A stretch of DNA of 64,000 bases, taken from NCBI GenBank assembly GCA_032161105.1, contig JAVHTD010000013.1. The stretch is one strand, 5' to 3'. This document shows, one piece after another, positions 28,926 through 39,360 of the stretch (its first letter is position 1; each line of letters opens with the position of its first letter). This stretch comes from Candidatus Thermosaccharophagus tengchongensis. GTDB taxonomy: Bacteria; Armatimonadota; Fervidibacteria; Fervidibacterales; Thermosaccharophagaceae. The notes beneath the pieces are model-generated. The model was not told the origin of the DNA. It saw only the letters and a program-made list of their open reading frames with translations, and did not search any database. Position numbers and translations under genes: made by a program.

Positions 28926-30125
28926 ATGCCGATCTTCTCATACCGAGCAAGGGATAAAGATGGGCGCTTGCACTTTGGGTTTGAGTTGGCGCCATCACGG
29001 GAGGAAGCGGTGAGCAAGCTGATGGAAAAAGGGCTTCGGGTCATTGAGGTGAAGGAACACAGGGAGCACCCGATGAAGCAATTCAGCGCATGGGCATACA
29101 GGACATTTAACATCTTCCAACCGAGCGCAAAACACTACGCCATCTTCTTCAGAAGCCTTTCGTCGGCGCTGTCGGCTGGGATGACAGTGTATGAGGCATT
29201 TGACATGCTCTCGTCATCTGCACCTCATGGGGCATTGCGCAAAGCAGCTGCCAATGTGAAACTCCTTGCGCGCTCAAATTTCGCCCTATCGCAAGCGCTG
29301 GCACGGCATCCACACCTTTTTCCGGGGTTCATCGTGAGCATGATTCAAATTGGCGAAGAGAGCGGCAGGTTGGATTCCGTGCTTGACTTGCTCGCCAATT
29401 ACTACGAGAGGGAGCACGAGCACTCCCTTGAACTGAAGCGCGAGACATTCTACCCGATAATGCTGTGTGCGTTCCTCATCGTTTACCTCTGCGGGCTGCA
29501 ACCGCTCATTGGTTGGCTCACCGGGAAAATGTCCGCCTTTGAATTCGCGTTGGCATTCTTAAAAGGGCTTGTAGGGTATGCCCTCATCATAGCCGCCTGC
29601 TACTTTATCATCAGGGGATTGCTTTCATTGCCGCAGCTACAGTTGATTGCCGATTCCGTCCTCCTGTCATTTCCACTCGTTGGTGGGGTGAGGCGGAGGT
29701 TAGTTGAGGCGAGATTCTTAAGGGCGCTGGCTATGCTGCAAGCCTCTGGAGTTGATGCGGCGCGCTCAATCTCACTCGCCGGAGAGGCATCCGGGAGCAA
29801 AATATTTGAGGCACTTTGCAGCAGAGCTGCCTCTATGGTCAGGGGCGGAAAGAGAATGAGCGAAGCACTCGCATCCGCATCAAGACGCCTGATCACCATT
29901 CAACCGACAACACTCCAAATGATGTCAACTGCCGAAACCACTGGCTCACTTGATGACCTTCTCCCTCGCTTGGCAGATCGTTATGAGCAAGAGGCATTCA
30001 CAGCGATGCGCCAAAGGGCTATCGCAATCGGTGTAATCATGTTTTTGGGTATCGCCATCATCATCGGGGCAAAGGTCATCGGATTTTACATGGGCTATTA
30101 CGGCGCCCTATTCAATGAGCCATGA
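28926..30125 (+). CDS. Type II secretion/type IV pilus platform protein (PilC/GspF family)
   Basis: MPIFSYRARD, GEESGRLD, AETTGSLD; two T2SSF domains. Confidence 0.9.
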   Translation: MPIFSYRARDKDGRLHFGFELAPSREEAVSKLMEKGLRVIEVKEHREHPMKQFSAWAYRTFNIFQPSAKHYAIFFRSLSSALSAGMTVYEAFDMLSSSAPHGALRKAAANVKLLARSNFALSQALARHPHLFPGFIVSMIQIGEESGRLDSVLDLLANYYEREHEHSLELKRETFYPIMLCAFLIVYLCGLQPLIGWLTGKMSAFEFALAFLKGLVGYALIIAACYFIIRGLLSLPQLQLIADSVLLSFPLVGGVRRRLVEARFLRALAMLQASGVDAARSISLAGEASGSKIFEALCSRAASMVRGGKRMSEALASASRRLITIQPTTLQMMSTAETTGSLDDLLPRLADRYEQEAFTAMRQRAIAIGVIMFLGIAIIIGAKVIGFYMGYYGALFNEP

Positions 30126-30172
30126 TGTGCTAACCATAACAATGGCAATGAAGGTGAATGGCATTTGCTGCA

Positions 30173-31408
30173 TCAAAGGGCTGGTGGATAGTTAACCTCA
30201 ATCCCCTCCCTCACTGCTCTTGAGGCGTCCTCATAAATGGCAATATACTTGTGAGCGCACACTTCCCAGCTGACTACATCCTCAAGATACCTTTTGAGGT
30301 TGTCCCCGAGCATCCTGCGCAAGCCCTCATCGCAAGCCAACCTTATGACTTTGCGGATGAAGCTGTTCCTGTCGGTGAACATCAATCCACCTTCGCTTTC
30401 AACCGTCTGAGCCGTCAAGCCCTCAAGTGGTGCTGTAGTGATGTATGGCTTATTCAGGGCAATGATGCGCGCGAGCGTCCCGGATTGAGTTTCGTCAACA
30501 GTTGGCAAAAGGACAAAGTCGCAAATCGCCATCACCTTGTAGTAGATGAGACCCCTCGGCGTAAATTTGTAGTAGAGCGCTATGCCATCACGCTCAAGCT
30601 CACGGATCATTTCAACAACGCGCTGATAATAGGACAGGTGCTCGGGGTCCCTCATATCTCCGGCGCAAAAGAGCAGCCATTGCTCCCCAGTCCTGTAAGT
30701 TATCTCCGCGTGAATATCCCGCCATGTTTCAAGGACGAGTTCCCAGCGCTTGTTTGGCTGTATCCATCCGACAATGCCGACAACATGCTTCCCCTTAAGC
30801 TGCGGCAACCCAAGCTCCTCCTTAAACTGCTCAACTTCACCATTGCCCCACCGCCTATCCGGGCGCGCGCCATGCTGGACAACCGTAATGCGCCTTAGCA
30901 AGCGCTTTGCTTCATCGTCATCTCGCCATTGCCATTCAAGCCTCCACTTCTGGTATGCGCACTTGAGGATGCACACTGTCACCTTGGATAGCATTTGCTT
31001 TAAGAACCTCTCCTCACCCTCGCGCAATCTCCCATGGACTGTATGCGGCTCAACCACTATTGGGTAGCCATGAAGCTCATCAAGCATCTTGAGGAAGCCC
31101 TCATTGTATTCGTCCACGCCTTTCTCGCTCACTGAGCGGTATAGCCCATACTCGTGTTGGATGTGTATGACATATGGATCAAGCTCCCTGACAAGCTTCA
31201 CAACTGGCTCATACCAATCAAATCGGCTCAGGTCAATTATCGGATGGACATTCTCTCCCTCACCGTCAGTGTGCGAGATGATGTGTATCGGACGACCATT
31301 GAGACGCTTGCTTACGAACTCAAGCTGCTCTTCAACAAATGTCGCAATGCCACACGGTCTCGGTGGATAGCTGCTTATTACGACCAAAGGCTGCATAGAC
31401 TTTATCAC
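30173..31408 (-). CDS. Glycosyltransferase family 4
   Basis: SSYPPRPCGIATF, IQHEYG and QSGTLARIIALNKP motifs. Confidence 0.85.
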   Translation of the reverse strand: MIKSMQPLVVISSYPPRPCGIATFVEEQLEFVSKRLNGRPIHIISHTDGEGENVHPIIDLSRFDWYEPVVKLVRELDPYVIHIQHEYGLYRSVSEKGVDEYNEGFLKMLDELHGYPIVVEPHTVHGRLREGEERFLKQMLSKVTVCILKCAYQKWRLEWQWRDDDEAKRLLRRITVVQHGARPDRRWGNGEVEQFKEELGLPQLKGKHVVGIVGWIQPNKRWELVLETWRDIHAEITYRTGEQWLLFCAGDMRDPEHLSYYQRVVEMIRELERDGIALYYKFTPRGLIYYKVMAICDFVLLPTVDETQSGTLARIIALNKPYITTAPLEGLTAQTVESEGGLMFTDRNSFIRKVIRLACDEGLRRMLGDNLKRYLEDVVSWEVCAHKYIAIYEDASRAVREGIEVNYPPAL

Positions 31409-31433
31409 CCCACATCACGAATGCAGCATTAAA

Positions 31434-33086
31434 TCACCTGAGGCGAATGATTGATGCGAACCTTCTGGCGACCAATCCCACCTCCTTGAATCCCGCTAAC
31501 CATAATGTGAGCGCGAATGCGAACGCACCGATGAGCGCCGGAATAAACACGCATGCAAACCGCCCATACAAGTTAGCGCTCACCCACATTGAAATGATGC
31601 GCAAAACGGCGTGGGCAAAAACGCCCGTAACAACGCTTCCGATGGCAAACCACGCAAACGAACGAGCCATCTCAACATCCAAAAATCCATTGATCCTCCT
31701 GTTGAGCATCATCATCAACATGAGCATGTAAAACCAAGCTGCCACAGATGACGCCAATGCAAGCCCACCATGTTCCAACCGTGTTCTTACAAGCAGCAAG
31801 TTTGCGAGCATAGCCAACGCGAAGCTGCCAAGGGCAATCATGACCGGCGTTCGTGTATCACGCATTGCGTAAAATCCCCTTGCCAATACATTCTGGCACG
31901 CCATCGCCGGCACACCAATGCTGTAAAAGAGGAGTGCAGTGCCCGTGACCTGAGTGTCATACGCAGTCCAGCGACCGTATTGAAACAGGAGCGCAATGAC
32001 TTGCACCCTCAGAACACCTATGAGCACCGCTGAAGGGACGGCGAACAGCAAGATGGCTCTTACACCCGCAGCAATTTGCTTGCGAAGCTCGTCCAAAGCT
32101 TCAGTCGCTGCAAGAGTTGAAAGCGTCGGAAAGAGGGCAATGCCAATGCTTGCCCCAAACAGTGCCACAGGTAGCTGTATAACCCTGTTCGCCATCTCAA
32201 CGGATGTGGCAGCACCCTGCGACAACACCGAGCTGAAGCTCCTCGGCAGTATCGTTGAGTTGATGTATGTGACTGACAGGCTCGCCATAACGGGCAGGAT
32301 AAGCCTCATGACCTCCCTTGCCCCCTCATCGCGCCAATCAAAGCACGGTGAGAAGCTCATCCCCAACTGCCGTAACCTGAGCCACTGTATTCCAACGGCG
32401 CCGATGGCTGCCCCAATGAGCGCCCCGATTGCCATTCCTTCAACCCCGCCGCCGAGCCAGTGAGAGCAAAAATGGGCGCCAACTATGCCGCCCATGAGGA
32501 TGCCGATGTTGTAAAGCACGGATTGTAATGGCGGCTCAGCGAAGCAGCGCAATGACATCAAAGCACCGGAGAACAGAGCGCCGAGCGCAAAGAAGAACTG
32601 AGCCGGCAAAATGATGCGAACGAGCAGCACCGTGAGCCTAAGCTTATCATGATGCTCCACCATCCCGGGGAAGAGCAAAATGACAAGGCGCGGTGCGAGC
32701 AGCTCACATGCAAAAATCACAGCCGCAATTAAGATGGCGATGTAGGTCATGAGCACCCTGAAGGTTTTGATGGCTCTTTCATCCTCGCCAGCGGCAAGGT
32801 ATCCCGAGAAGACAGGTATGAACCCGGAGGACAAAGCGCCACCCGAAGCGAGCAGATACACCAAATCGGGCAAGCTAAAAGCGCATACATATGCGTCAGT
32901 GCGCCAATCCCTGCCAAAGAGCGATGTCCTACCAATATCCCTTACGACGCCGGTCACCCTTGAAAGCCCAATGAGAGCGCTCGTCATTACGGCAGCCGCA
33001 ACGACACCGCTTTTCTCATTGCGCTTCAGCGCTCTCTTTGCACCGCCAATTGAAGCCACATCACAATCATCCGTTCTATCTGGCAT
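31434..33086 (-). CDS. murJ: Lipid II flippase MurJ/MviN
   Basis: LSRVTGVVRD, GGALSSGFIPV, QLPVALFG and RGFYAMRDTRTP motifs. Confidence 0.92.
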   Translation of the reverse strand: MPDRTDDCDVASIGGAKRALKRNEKSGVVAAAVMTSALIGLSRVTGVVRDIGRTSLFGRDWRTDAYVCAFSLPDLVYLLASGGALSSGFIPVFSGYLAAGEDERAIKTFRVLMTYIAILIAAVIFACELLAPRLVILLFPGMVEHHDKLRLTVLLVRIILPAQFFFALGALFSGALMSLRCFAEPPLQSVLYNIGILMGGIVGAHFCSHWLGGGVEGMAIGALIGAAIGAVGIQWLRLRQLGMSFSPCFDWRDEGAREVMRLILPVMASLSVTYINSTILPRSFSSVLSQGAATSVEMANRVIQLPVALFGASIGIALFPTLSTLAATEALDELRKQIAAGVRAILLFAVPSAVLIGVLRVQVIALLFQYGRWTAYDTQVTGTALLFYSIGVPAMACQNVLARGFYAMRDTRTPVMIALGSFALAMLANLLLVRTRLEHGGLALASSVAAWFYMLMLMMMLNRRINGFLDVEMARSFAWFAIGSVVTGVFAHAVLRIISMWVSANLYGRFACVFIPALIGAFAFALTLWLAGFKEVGLVARRFASIIRLR

Positions 33087-33106
33087 TGAACCGTCAACTC
33101 ACCCCT

Positions 33107-35812
33107 TCAAGCGAACACGAGTTCAACCGTCTTTATCTCAAATGGTGCGCACGGGACGGTCACGCTCCCATCTTCGTTGATCTTCAGCTCGCCTTCGCTC
33201 AACCTCTCCTCATTCAAGTTTGTCAGCCACGCAACAGTTGGCTTCTTGAACGGGCGCAAGGTCACATCCTGCGACCGGTTGCTTGAGTTGTAAAAGCGCA
33301 CAATGAGGGAATCTCGCCACTCGCATTTCTTGATCGCCGTCACAACACCAGCGGGCGGCTCAACCAAAAGGAAGCTCATCGTTGGCGGCAACGCCGCTTC
33401 CATCCTTGGATGCCATTCGCCAACGAGAGCACCAACATTGAACTCATGTGCATAGCGCTGCACAAGCGCCTCTAACCAATCGCCACCGTGTATCATGACC
33501 GCATACTTGAATGTGTGCATCCCGATGCACTGGGCTTCTGGAGTCTGTATCGCCGGACCTGCGTGTCCGGAACGAGTGAGCAAATCGCCACGGGATAACC
33601 ACCCAACACACCTGAGAAGCGTCAGGCAAATGACGGATCCAACCTCAGTTTGCTTGACTTCATACTCGGGCAAACCCTGATTGATGAGGGCAAACCCGCG
33701 CTTGCCATCGTTAACCTCAACGAATGAACATTGATGATTTGTTGGCAATGGCTTTTGCGCCCAACCTTCCCCGGATGGCAGCTTGAGCGAGCGCTCCAAA
33801 ACACAGAAGTGCCCCTCAACTATCGCCCTGTCGGAATTAATCCCGGTCGGGAAGAGGACGCGCAGGCGATGATCTTTAGCCCTATTATCAACGGTGGTTG
33901 TGAAGTCAATCCTCGGTGAGCCGGAATGCAACCTCACAACCGTTGTGATTGGCAATGTGCAAGTCCTGTTGGAGCGCGCCTTCCTGTCACCGCGCAGCTC
34001 AATCGGCAATCGCCAGTTGAGCCTTATTGTCATCTCCGCAGCGACGGCGCCAAGGCGCCTTACCCTCACAATCGCCCTCTCATTTTCCGTCGTCATAACT
34101 TGCGTCGCTTCAATCGGCGAGTAGTCATATTCATCGCCGGCATCTTCGGCATCCTCAAAGAGCAAGACGCCGCTGTATATCTCACCAGTTGCCTTGACGA
34201 GTATGTCCAATGTGCCATTGCCATTGGAGCTTATGCGGTAGTGCTCATTTTCAATTGAGTTAGCTCCAACGCTTATGTCGCTTATCATTTGCTGCCCCTT
34301 AGGTCTGCCAGCGAGGAAGTAAATCGTTGTGTAACCACATGCTGGCAGCTCATCCAACTTGATGAGCCATTGTGCCTCATCGCCAAGTCGCTCCCTGTGT
34401 GCGGCTAACACTTTTCCATCGGCACTCACAAATGTCCCAATAGCATCTGACGGCAATCTTACGCTGACGACCTCGGTGCGCTTCCATGGGAGGGTGTTGA
34501 ATACAATGAATGCCCTTGCATCACCCGACGGCGCCGATGAGGATGCATTCACATGGGAGCAAATGTTTGACAATGCCTCCCGCACAATCGCCTCACCAAC
34601 TTGCTCGGCGAGTGAATAGCGATACATATCCTCACGGTGCACTTGGTCAATGCTGCATCCGCATATGTCATCGTGCGGGTGATTCTTCATCAGCGTGCGC
34701 CACGCATACCAAATGTGCCATGACGGATAAACTTGCCCGCAGACAAGCCACGAAATGGCGCATAGCGGTTCGGTGTATCGCTCAAGCAAAGTTTGAACCC
34801 TCCAGTTGGATTGCTTCAATGGCATTCTGGAGGAGAGCACACCAGAAAGGAGGTATTGATACCGACCGCTTCTGAACTCCCCCCTGTATGTCCTCAAGTG
34901 CCCGCCAAACTGACGCACCAATTTCAAGTAGTCATGGAAGCTGCCTATGATGAGCTCTCCACCGTCCCAGTGTTCGTTGATGTAATTGACAATGTCGGGC
35001 AGCTCAGGTTGCGGCTCAACATGGTCGCACCCATTGTTGAACAACAGTGCATTTGTCCTCGCATATTTGCGCAGGCGCTCCACAAGTTCAACCGTGCGCC
35101 TCAAACCGGCTTCATAGTCAACCCTGAAGCCACCCTGTGAGTGCACATAGCCGAGGTGGACGGCGTTGCAATATCCGCCAATCTGATGCACGGCAAGCAC
35201 ATTTGATTTGCCATCCAAGCCCTCCCACAAAAACTCACTCCCCAGCTCCTCACCCTCATCACCAACGCCCCTCGTGAATATTGCTGAGTCAATTCCGAAC
35301 CCACAAAGTATCTGCGGCAGCTGCGCTATGTGCCCAAACGGATCTGGTATGTAGCCAACTTTCATTACACCACCCATGCTTGTGGCTATCTTGTGACCGA
35401 GCATCAAGTTGCGCACGATGGCTTCGGCGCTGACAAGGAATTCATCGGGGAGGACATACCAAGGTCCGATGAGCAACCTCCCAGAGCTGACAAGCTCTCT
35501 GATTTCATCGCGCCGCTCCGGACGAACCTCAAGGTAATCTTCAATGACAACCGTCTGACCATCAAACACAAAGCATTTGAACCGTTCATCGGACTTGAGC
35601 AGCTCAATGACCTTGTCGGTCAACTTAACCAGGCGTATGCGGAACTGCTCAAATGTGAGATACCATGCCCTATCCCAATGCGTGTGCGGCACAACTACGA
35701 CTGTCCACCTCTCAGCTGCGTTTCTTCCGTGCATACCACATTCACCCCCAATCATCGGAATCGCAAGCAGCGCAAACACCACCCAAAGAACGCAGCAATG
35801 CAGCGCTCTCAC
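33107..35812 (-). CDS. GH38 alpha-mannosidase (MngB-like), with putative signal peptide
   Basis: HTHWDRAW, FDGQT, GPWYVLPDE, PDPFGH, HDDICGCS and TLLR motifs. Confidence 0.92.
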   Translation of the reverse strand: MRALHCCVLWVVFALLAIPMIGGECGMHGRNAAERWTVVVVPHTHWDRAWYLTFEQFRIRLVKLTDKVIELLKSDERFKCFVFDGQTVVIEDYLEVRPERRDEIRELVSSGRLLIGPWYVLPDEFLVSAEAIVRNLMLGHKIATSMGGVMKVGYIPDPFGHIAQLPQILCGFGIDSAIFTRGVGDEGEELGSEFLWEGLDGKSNVLAVHQIGGYCNAVHLGYVHSQGGFRVDYEAGLRRTVELVERLRKYARTNALLFNNGCDHVEPQPELPDIVNYINEHWDGGELIIGSFHDYLKLVRQFGGHLRTYRGEFRSGRYQYLLSGVLSSRMPLKQSNWRVQTLLERYTEPLCAISWLVCGQVYPSWHIWYAWRTLMKNHPHDDICGCSIDQVHREDMYRYSLAEQVGEAIVREALSNICSHVNASSSAPSGDARAFIVFNTLPWKRTEVVSVRLPSDAIGTFVSADGKVLAAHRERLGDEAQWLIKLDELPACGYTTIYFLAGRPKGQQMISDISVGANSIENEHYRISSNGNGTLDILVKATGEIYSGVLLFEDAEDAGDEYDYSPIEATQVMTTENERAIVRVRRLGAVAAEMTIRLNWRLPIELRGDRKARSNRTCTLPITTVVRLHSGSPRIDFTTTVDNRAKDHRLRVLFPTGINSDRAIVEGHFCVLERSLKLPSGEGWAQKPLPTNHQCSFVEVNDGKRGFALINQGLPEYEVKQTEVGSVICLTLLRCVGWLSRGDLLTRSGHAGPAIQTPEAQCIGMHTFKYAVMIHGGDWLEALVQRYAHEFNVGALVGEWHPRMEAALPPTMSFLLVEPPAGVVTAIKKCEWRDSLIVRFYNSSNRSQDVTLRPFKKPTVAWLTNLNEERLSEGELKINEDGSVTVPCAPFEIKTVELVFA

Positions 35813-36741
35813 TTACCGGAGATGAAGCCAAGGACAACAATGGTGAGTATCCAAAGGAAAACCGTGAGCACTAATGGCAGGTCTTGCAACATCCTTTCCG
35901 GTGCACCGGCTATATCTGTGCTGTATGCGAGATACATGTAACGGAACATGCCGTAGATGACATACGGTATCGTGAGCATGAGCAAGGGCGAATCAGAGTT
36001 GCCGAGCAGTATGTGTGGCGCAGTGAATGTGTATAGCGAGTAAGCCATGATTGTCGCAGCAGCGGTTGCGGCTATCATCTGGTCAAGCATCGCCGGAGAA
36101 TACTTAGGGAGCACATTCCTAAAACTCTGTGCCCTGTCACCGAGCATGAGGAGCTCATGTCGGCGCTTGCAAAGCGCTATGAAAAGCGAAAGCAAGAGCG
36201 TGCAAAGCAGAAGCCACGGTGAAATGCTAACTCCAATGGCAAGGCATCCTGCGACCACTCGCAACATAAATCCGGCGGCAACGGCAAGCACATCAATGAT
36301 GACTATGTCCTTCAGCAGCATTGAGTAAAGGAGCGCCCAGATGGGATAGGATATGGAAGCGAGCGGAAAAAGCGGTGCGCGCATCACTATGCTCACAAAG
36401 GCGGAGAGAATGAGACCGCAGAGCAAACATGTGATGGCAAACACAGCAGCCTCGCGTGGCGTTATGCGCCCAGATGGCAGCGGACGATGGCGCTTCAGTG
36501 GGTGATGCAAATCACGCTCCCTGTCTTTGAGGTCGTTGATGGCATATGCAAATGAAGAGAGCATGCAGAAGCTGACGAAGGCAAGGATGACACCAACAAG
36601 CTCAATTAGTGCCGATGGCATCGGCATCTTGAGTCTCCCGGCGAAGATGTAACCGGCAAAGAGCAATCCATTTTTGCTCCATTGCAGCGGTCTCGCAAGC
36701 TCAACCAGTGCGGCTAATTTACCACCTTCACGCATTCTCAT
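35809..36741 (-). CDS. UbiA-family decaprenyl-phosphate phosphoribosyltransferase-like protein
   Basis: RPLQWSKN, NDLKDRERD..HPLKRHRP, KRRHEL and RYMYL motifs. Confidence 0.88.
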   Translation of the reverse strand: MRMREGGKLAALVELARPLQWSKNGLLFAGYIFAGRLKMPMPSALIELVGVILAFVSFCMLSSFAYAINDLKDRERDLHHPLKRHRPLPSGRITPREAAVFAITCLLCGLILSAFVSIVMRAPLFPLASISYPIWALLYSMLLKDIVIIDVLAVAAGFMLRVVAGCLAIGVSISPWLLLCTLLLSLFIALCKRRHELLMLGDRAQSFRNVLPKYSPAMLDQMIAATAAATIMAYSLYTFTAPHILLGNSDSPLLMLTIPYVIYGMFRYMYLAYSTDIAGAPERMLQDLPLVLTVFLWILTIVVLGFISGK

Positions 36742-37654
36742 CCCTTCCGCTCACCGAGAATTCAACTTGCTGCGTTTCCATTTCCCAACTCCATCTCTCC
36801 CTTCCGGGGACAAGATCGGGATTATCCGCGTAGCGGCGATAAAGTTGCAAGTATGTAACCGTCGGCATCCCGAGAGAGAGCACATGCTCTATCAGCAACC
36901 TGACTATGCGACAATCCTCACTCAGCCGATAAATTGAGTGTGGGTGATAGACCAGAGAAATGTAATCAAGCCGATATCTCAGTGCCCTGTCAATCCAGAC
37001 TTTTTGCACCTCAAGTTCCTCCTCCGGTGTTCTTGTAGGGCGGCTTGGTATTCCCCACGGCAGGAGCTTCGGCCAAGGAAGCGTCAGGCGTGGCTCAAGC
37101 GAGCCATCCGGATCCTTGAGCACATTGTCATGCCAACCGTGTGCCGGCAACTCAAGCAAATGCGGGAAGCCTTCCACATCATACCAATACGCCTGTTGCA
37201 ATCCCGAGGGGATTGAATCCGCTGGTCCTCTCGCATCGCTGCTGATGAATTTAAATCCGCACGACCATATCACTCCCAGGCGCTCAACCTCACCTTGCAT
37301 TCCCCTGTAGAAACCGCATGGCGTTCTAAAGCCGATGCACTCAACACCAAATGCCTCCTCAACAAGGCGCTTGCCGAGGTCAAGCTCCATTCGCATCTCC
37401 TCAATTGATATCCCGTGACCGTGCATGGCGCTGTCTTTAAGCAGCTTGTGAGAGTAAGTGTGCGACTGAATGTCAAAAAGGGTGTCGCCGAGAAGGAGTT
37501 CACGCAGCTCCTCGCCACTCTGCTCAATGACTTTTCCGACCACGAAGAATGTTGCAGGCACATTATACCGGCGGTGAATTTCAACAATCGTTGGCAATGC
37601 CTTCATGCAAAGCTGTGGATGCTCAACATCGTAGCTGAAGACATAGCTCGTCAC
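36728..37654 (-). CDS. Polysaccharide deacetylase (NodB/CE4-like) family protein
   Basis: SYDVE, ATFFVVG, SHTYSH, GFRTP and YHP motifs; GTG start at 37654 after AAGGAGG. Confidence 0.82.
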   Translation of the reverse strand: MTSYVFSYDVEHPQLCMKALPTIVEIHRRYNVPATFFVVGKVIEQSGEELRELLLGDTLFDIQSHTYSHKLLKDSAMHGHGISIEEMRMELDLGKRLVEEAFGVECIGFRTPCGFYRGMQGEVERLGVIWSCGFKFISSDARGPADSIPSGLQQAYWYDVEGFPHLLELPAHGWHDNVLKDPDGSLEPRLTLPWPKLLPWGIPSRPTRTPEEELEVQKVWIDRALRYRLDYISLVYHPHSIYRLSEDCRIVRLLIEHVLSLGMPTVTYLQLYRRYADNPDLVPGRERWSWEMETQQVEFSVSGRDENA

Positions 37655-37879
37655 ATCTAATCCCCTCCTTACAGTTCCCAGATCGCTTTGCGGACTTGCA
37701 ACCCAAAGCCAACTCAGACTACAAATTTGCATTTTGACATGCTCATGCCAGCAATGCATCTCGGTGGGCATCGGGCGCGCGTTACGGTTACAATTTGCAG
37801 TTGAGCTTGACGAGAGCTTGCTTCATCGGGTCCGAATCCGGGAAGGGAAGCAAACCAAATGGAGGCGGAGGTGGGAGAG

Positions 37880-39274
37880 ATGTTTCACATGATGCGCAAA
37901 GAGCTTACAGCGTGGCGCAATCGGATTGCTTGGCTGATAACGAGTGTTGGCAGAGCCAAGTTGAGCATACTCCCGGATGGCGGGGAGGGAGAAAAGAGCT
38001 TAGCTGAGGAACTGGTCACGGCATTGAGGCTCGCATTCTCTCAGCCGCGTCTCAGCCTCATGATGTTCATTCAGTATGCAGTTTGGGGAGCTTGGTTTCC
38101 AGCTCTTTCGGGTTACCTTGAGAAGCACCTCGGGTTTGCTGGGAAACAGATTGGATGGATATACAGCATGCTTCCGCTCGCCAACTTGATTGTGCCATTC
38201 ACTGCCGGACAAGTCGCGGATAGATGGCTACCGGCGCAAATTGCATTGAGCCTATTCCATCTCACCGGCGGGTTGATCATGCTCGCCATGGCTTTTCAGA
38301 GCGGCTTTTGGACACTGCTTATGCTCATGCTTATCTGCGCTATCCTATATGCACCAACACTCGCCCTGACAAACACGATTGCATTGCGCAACCTTGTGGA
38401 TCCGAAGAGGGAGTTCGGTCCAATAAGGGTGTGGGGAACGATAGGTTGGATAGTTTCTGGATTGTTGCTCACTGTGCTGCGCAACTTCTTTGGGAGTGAG
38501 GGTTGGCGTCTCTCCCCGGAAGTGAGAGTCATTGATGTATTCGTGCTCGCCAGTGTGCTCTCGTTCATCATGTGCATCGTCTCATTAACTTTGCCGCACA
38601 CACCACCGGTTAAGGAGGCGCCAGACCCGCTTGCCTTCAGAAGGGCATTTGTGCTCTTGCGCAACAGAAGCTACCTCACCTTCTTCATCATCGCCTTCGT
38701 TGTGGCGACGGAACTTCAACTCTACTATGTCCTCACATTCCCATTCCTCTCGCAATGGCAGGGGAAGGTTTACGGGATAACCACCGAGAACCTGCCGGCA
38801 TACATGACCATAGCTCAGATAGCTGAGATATTCGTGATGACATTCATGCTGCCATATGGGTTGCCGAGATGGGGTGTCAGAAATTCGCTGCTTATAGGTT
38901 TGATAGCATGGCCTGCGCGATATTTCATCTTCTCAATTGCATGGTCGTTGTATGCCACTGCGCCAGCTTTCGTTTGGCTCGCCATAGCTGCTCTGGCGTT
39001 ACATGGATTTTGCTATGTCTTCTTCTTCGTTGTGGCTTTCATCTACACGGATATGGTTGCGCCACCCGACATCAGAGCATCGGCACAGTCGCTTATTAAC
39101 CTCGCTGTGCTCGGCGTTGGATTGCTAATCGGCAGTTGGTTTGCCGGTTGGTTAAAGGATATCTGCACCAATGCATCCGGGATGACAAATTACACCATCG
39201 TATTTCTCGTGCCGGGCATCATCACCTTGATATGCGCATTCATATTCGCAACCCTATTCCGAGAGGAGCGCTAA
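37880..39274 (+). CDS. MFS nucleoside:H+ symporter (NupG/XapB-like); start uncertain
   Basis: MMFIQYAVWGAW, GQVADR, IRVWGTIGW, QIAE, LHGFCY and RASAQSL motifs. Confidence 0.88.
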   Translation: MFHMMRKELTAWRNRIAWLITSVGRAKLSILPDGGEGEKSLAEELVTALRLAFSQPRLSLMMFIQYAVWGAWFPALSGYLEKHLGFAGKQIGWIYSMLPLANLIVPFTAGQVADRWLPAQIALSLFHLTGGLIMLAMAFQSGFWTLLMLMLICAILYAPTLALTNTIALRNLVDPKREFGPIRVWGTIGWIVSGLLLTVLRNFFGSEGWRLSPEVRVIDVFVLASVLSFIMCIVSLTLPHTPPVKEAPDPLAFRRAFVLLRNRSYLTFFIIAFVVATELQLYYVLTFPFLSQWQGKVYGITTENLPAYMTIAQIAEIFVMTFMLPYGLPRWGVRNSLLIGLIAWPARYFIFSIAWSLYATAPAFVWLAIAALALHGFCYVFFFVVAFIYTDMVAPPDIRASAQSLINLAVLGVGLLIGSWFAGWLKDICTNASGMTNYTIVFLVPGIITLICAFIFATLFREER

Positions 39275-39360
39275 ACGAGATCCCGCACGCTATCTACGGC
39301 GCTATACACACTCCGCAGGCTGTGCAGCTGCGACATACAAGTCAGATGAGGTGATGCTCC

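Noticed and set aside
28926..30125. Isolated pilC as part of a novel secretion system
   Set aside because: Dispersed pilC paralogues are common, and there are no other pilus or secretion genes nearby.
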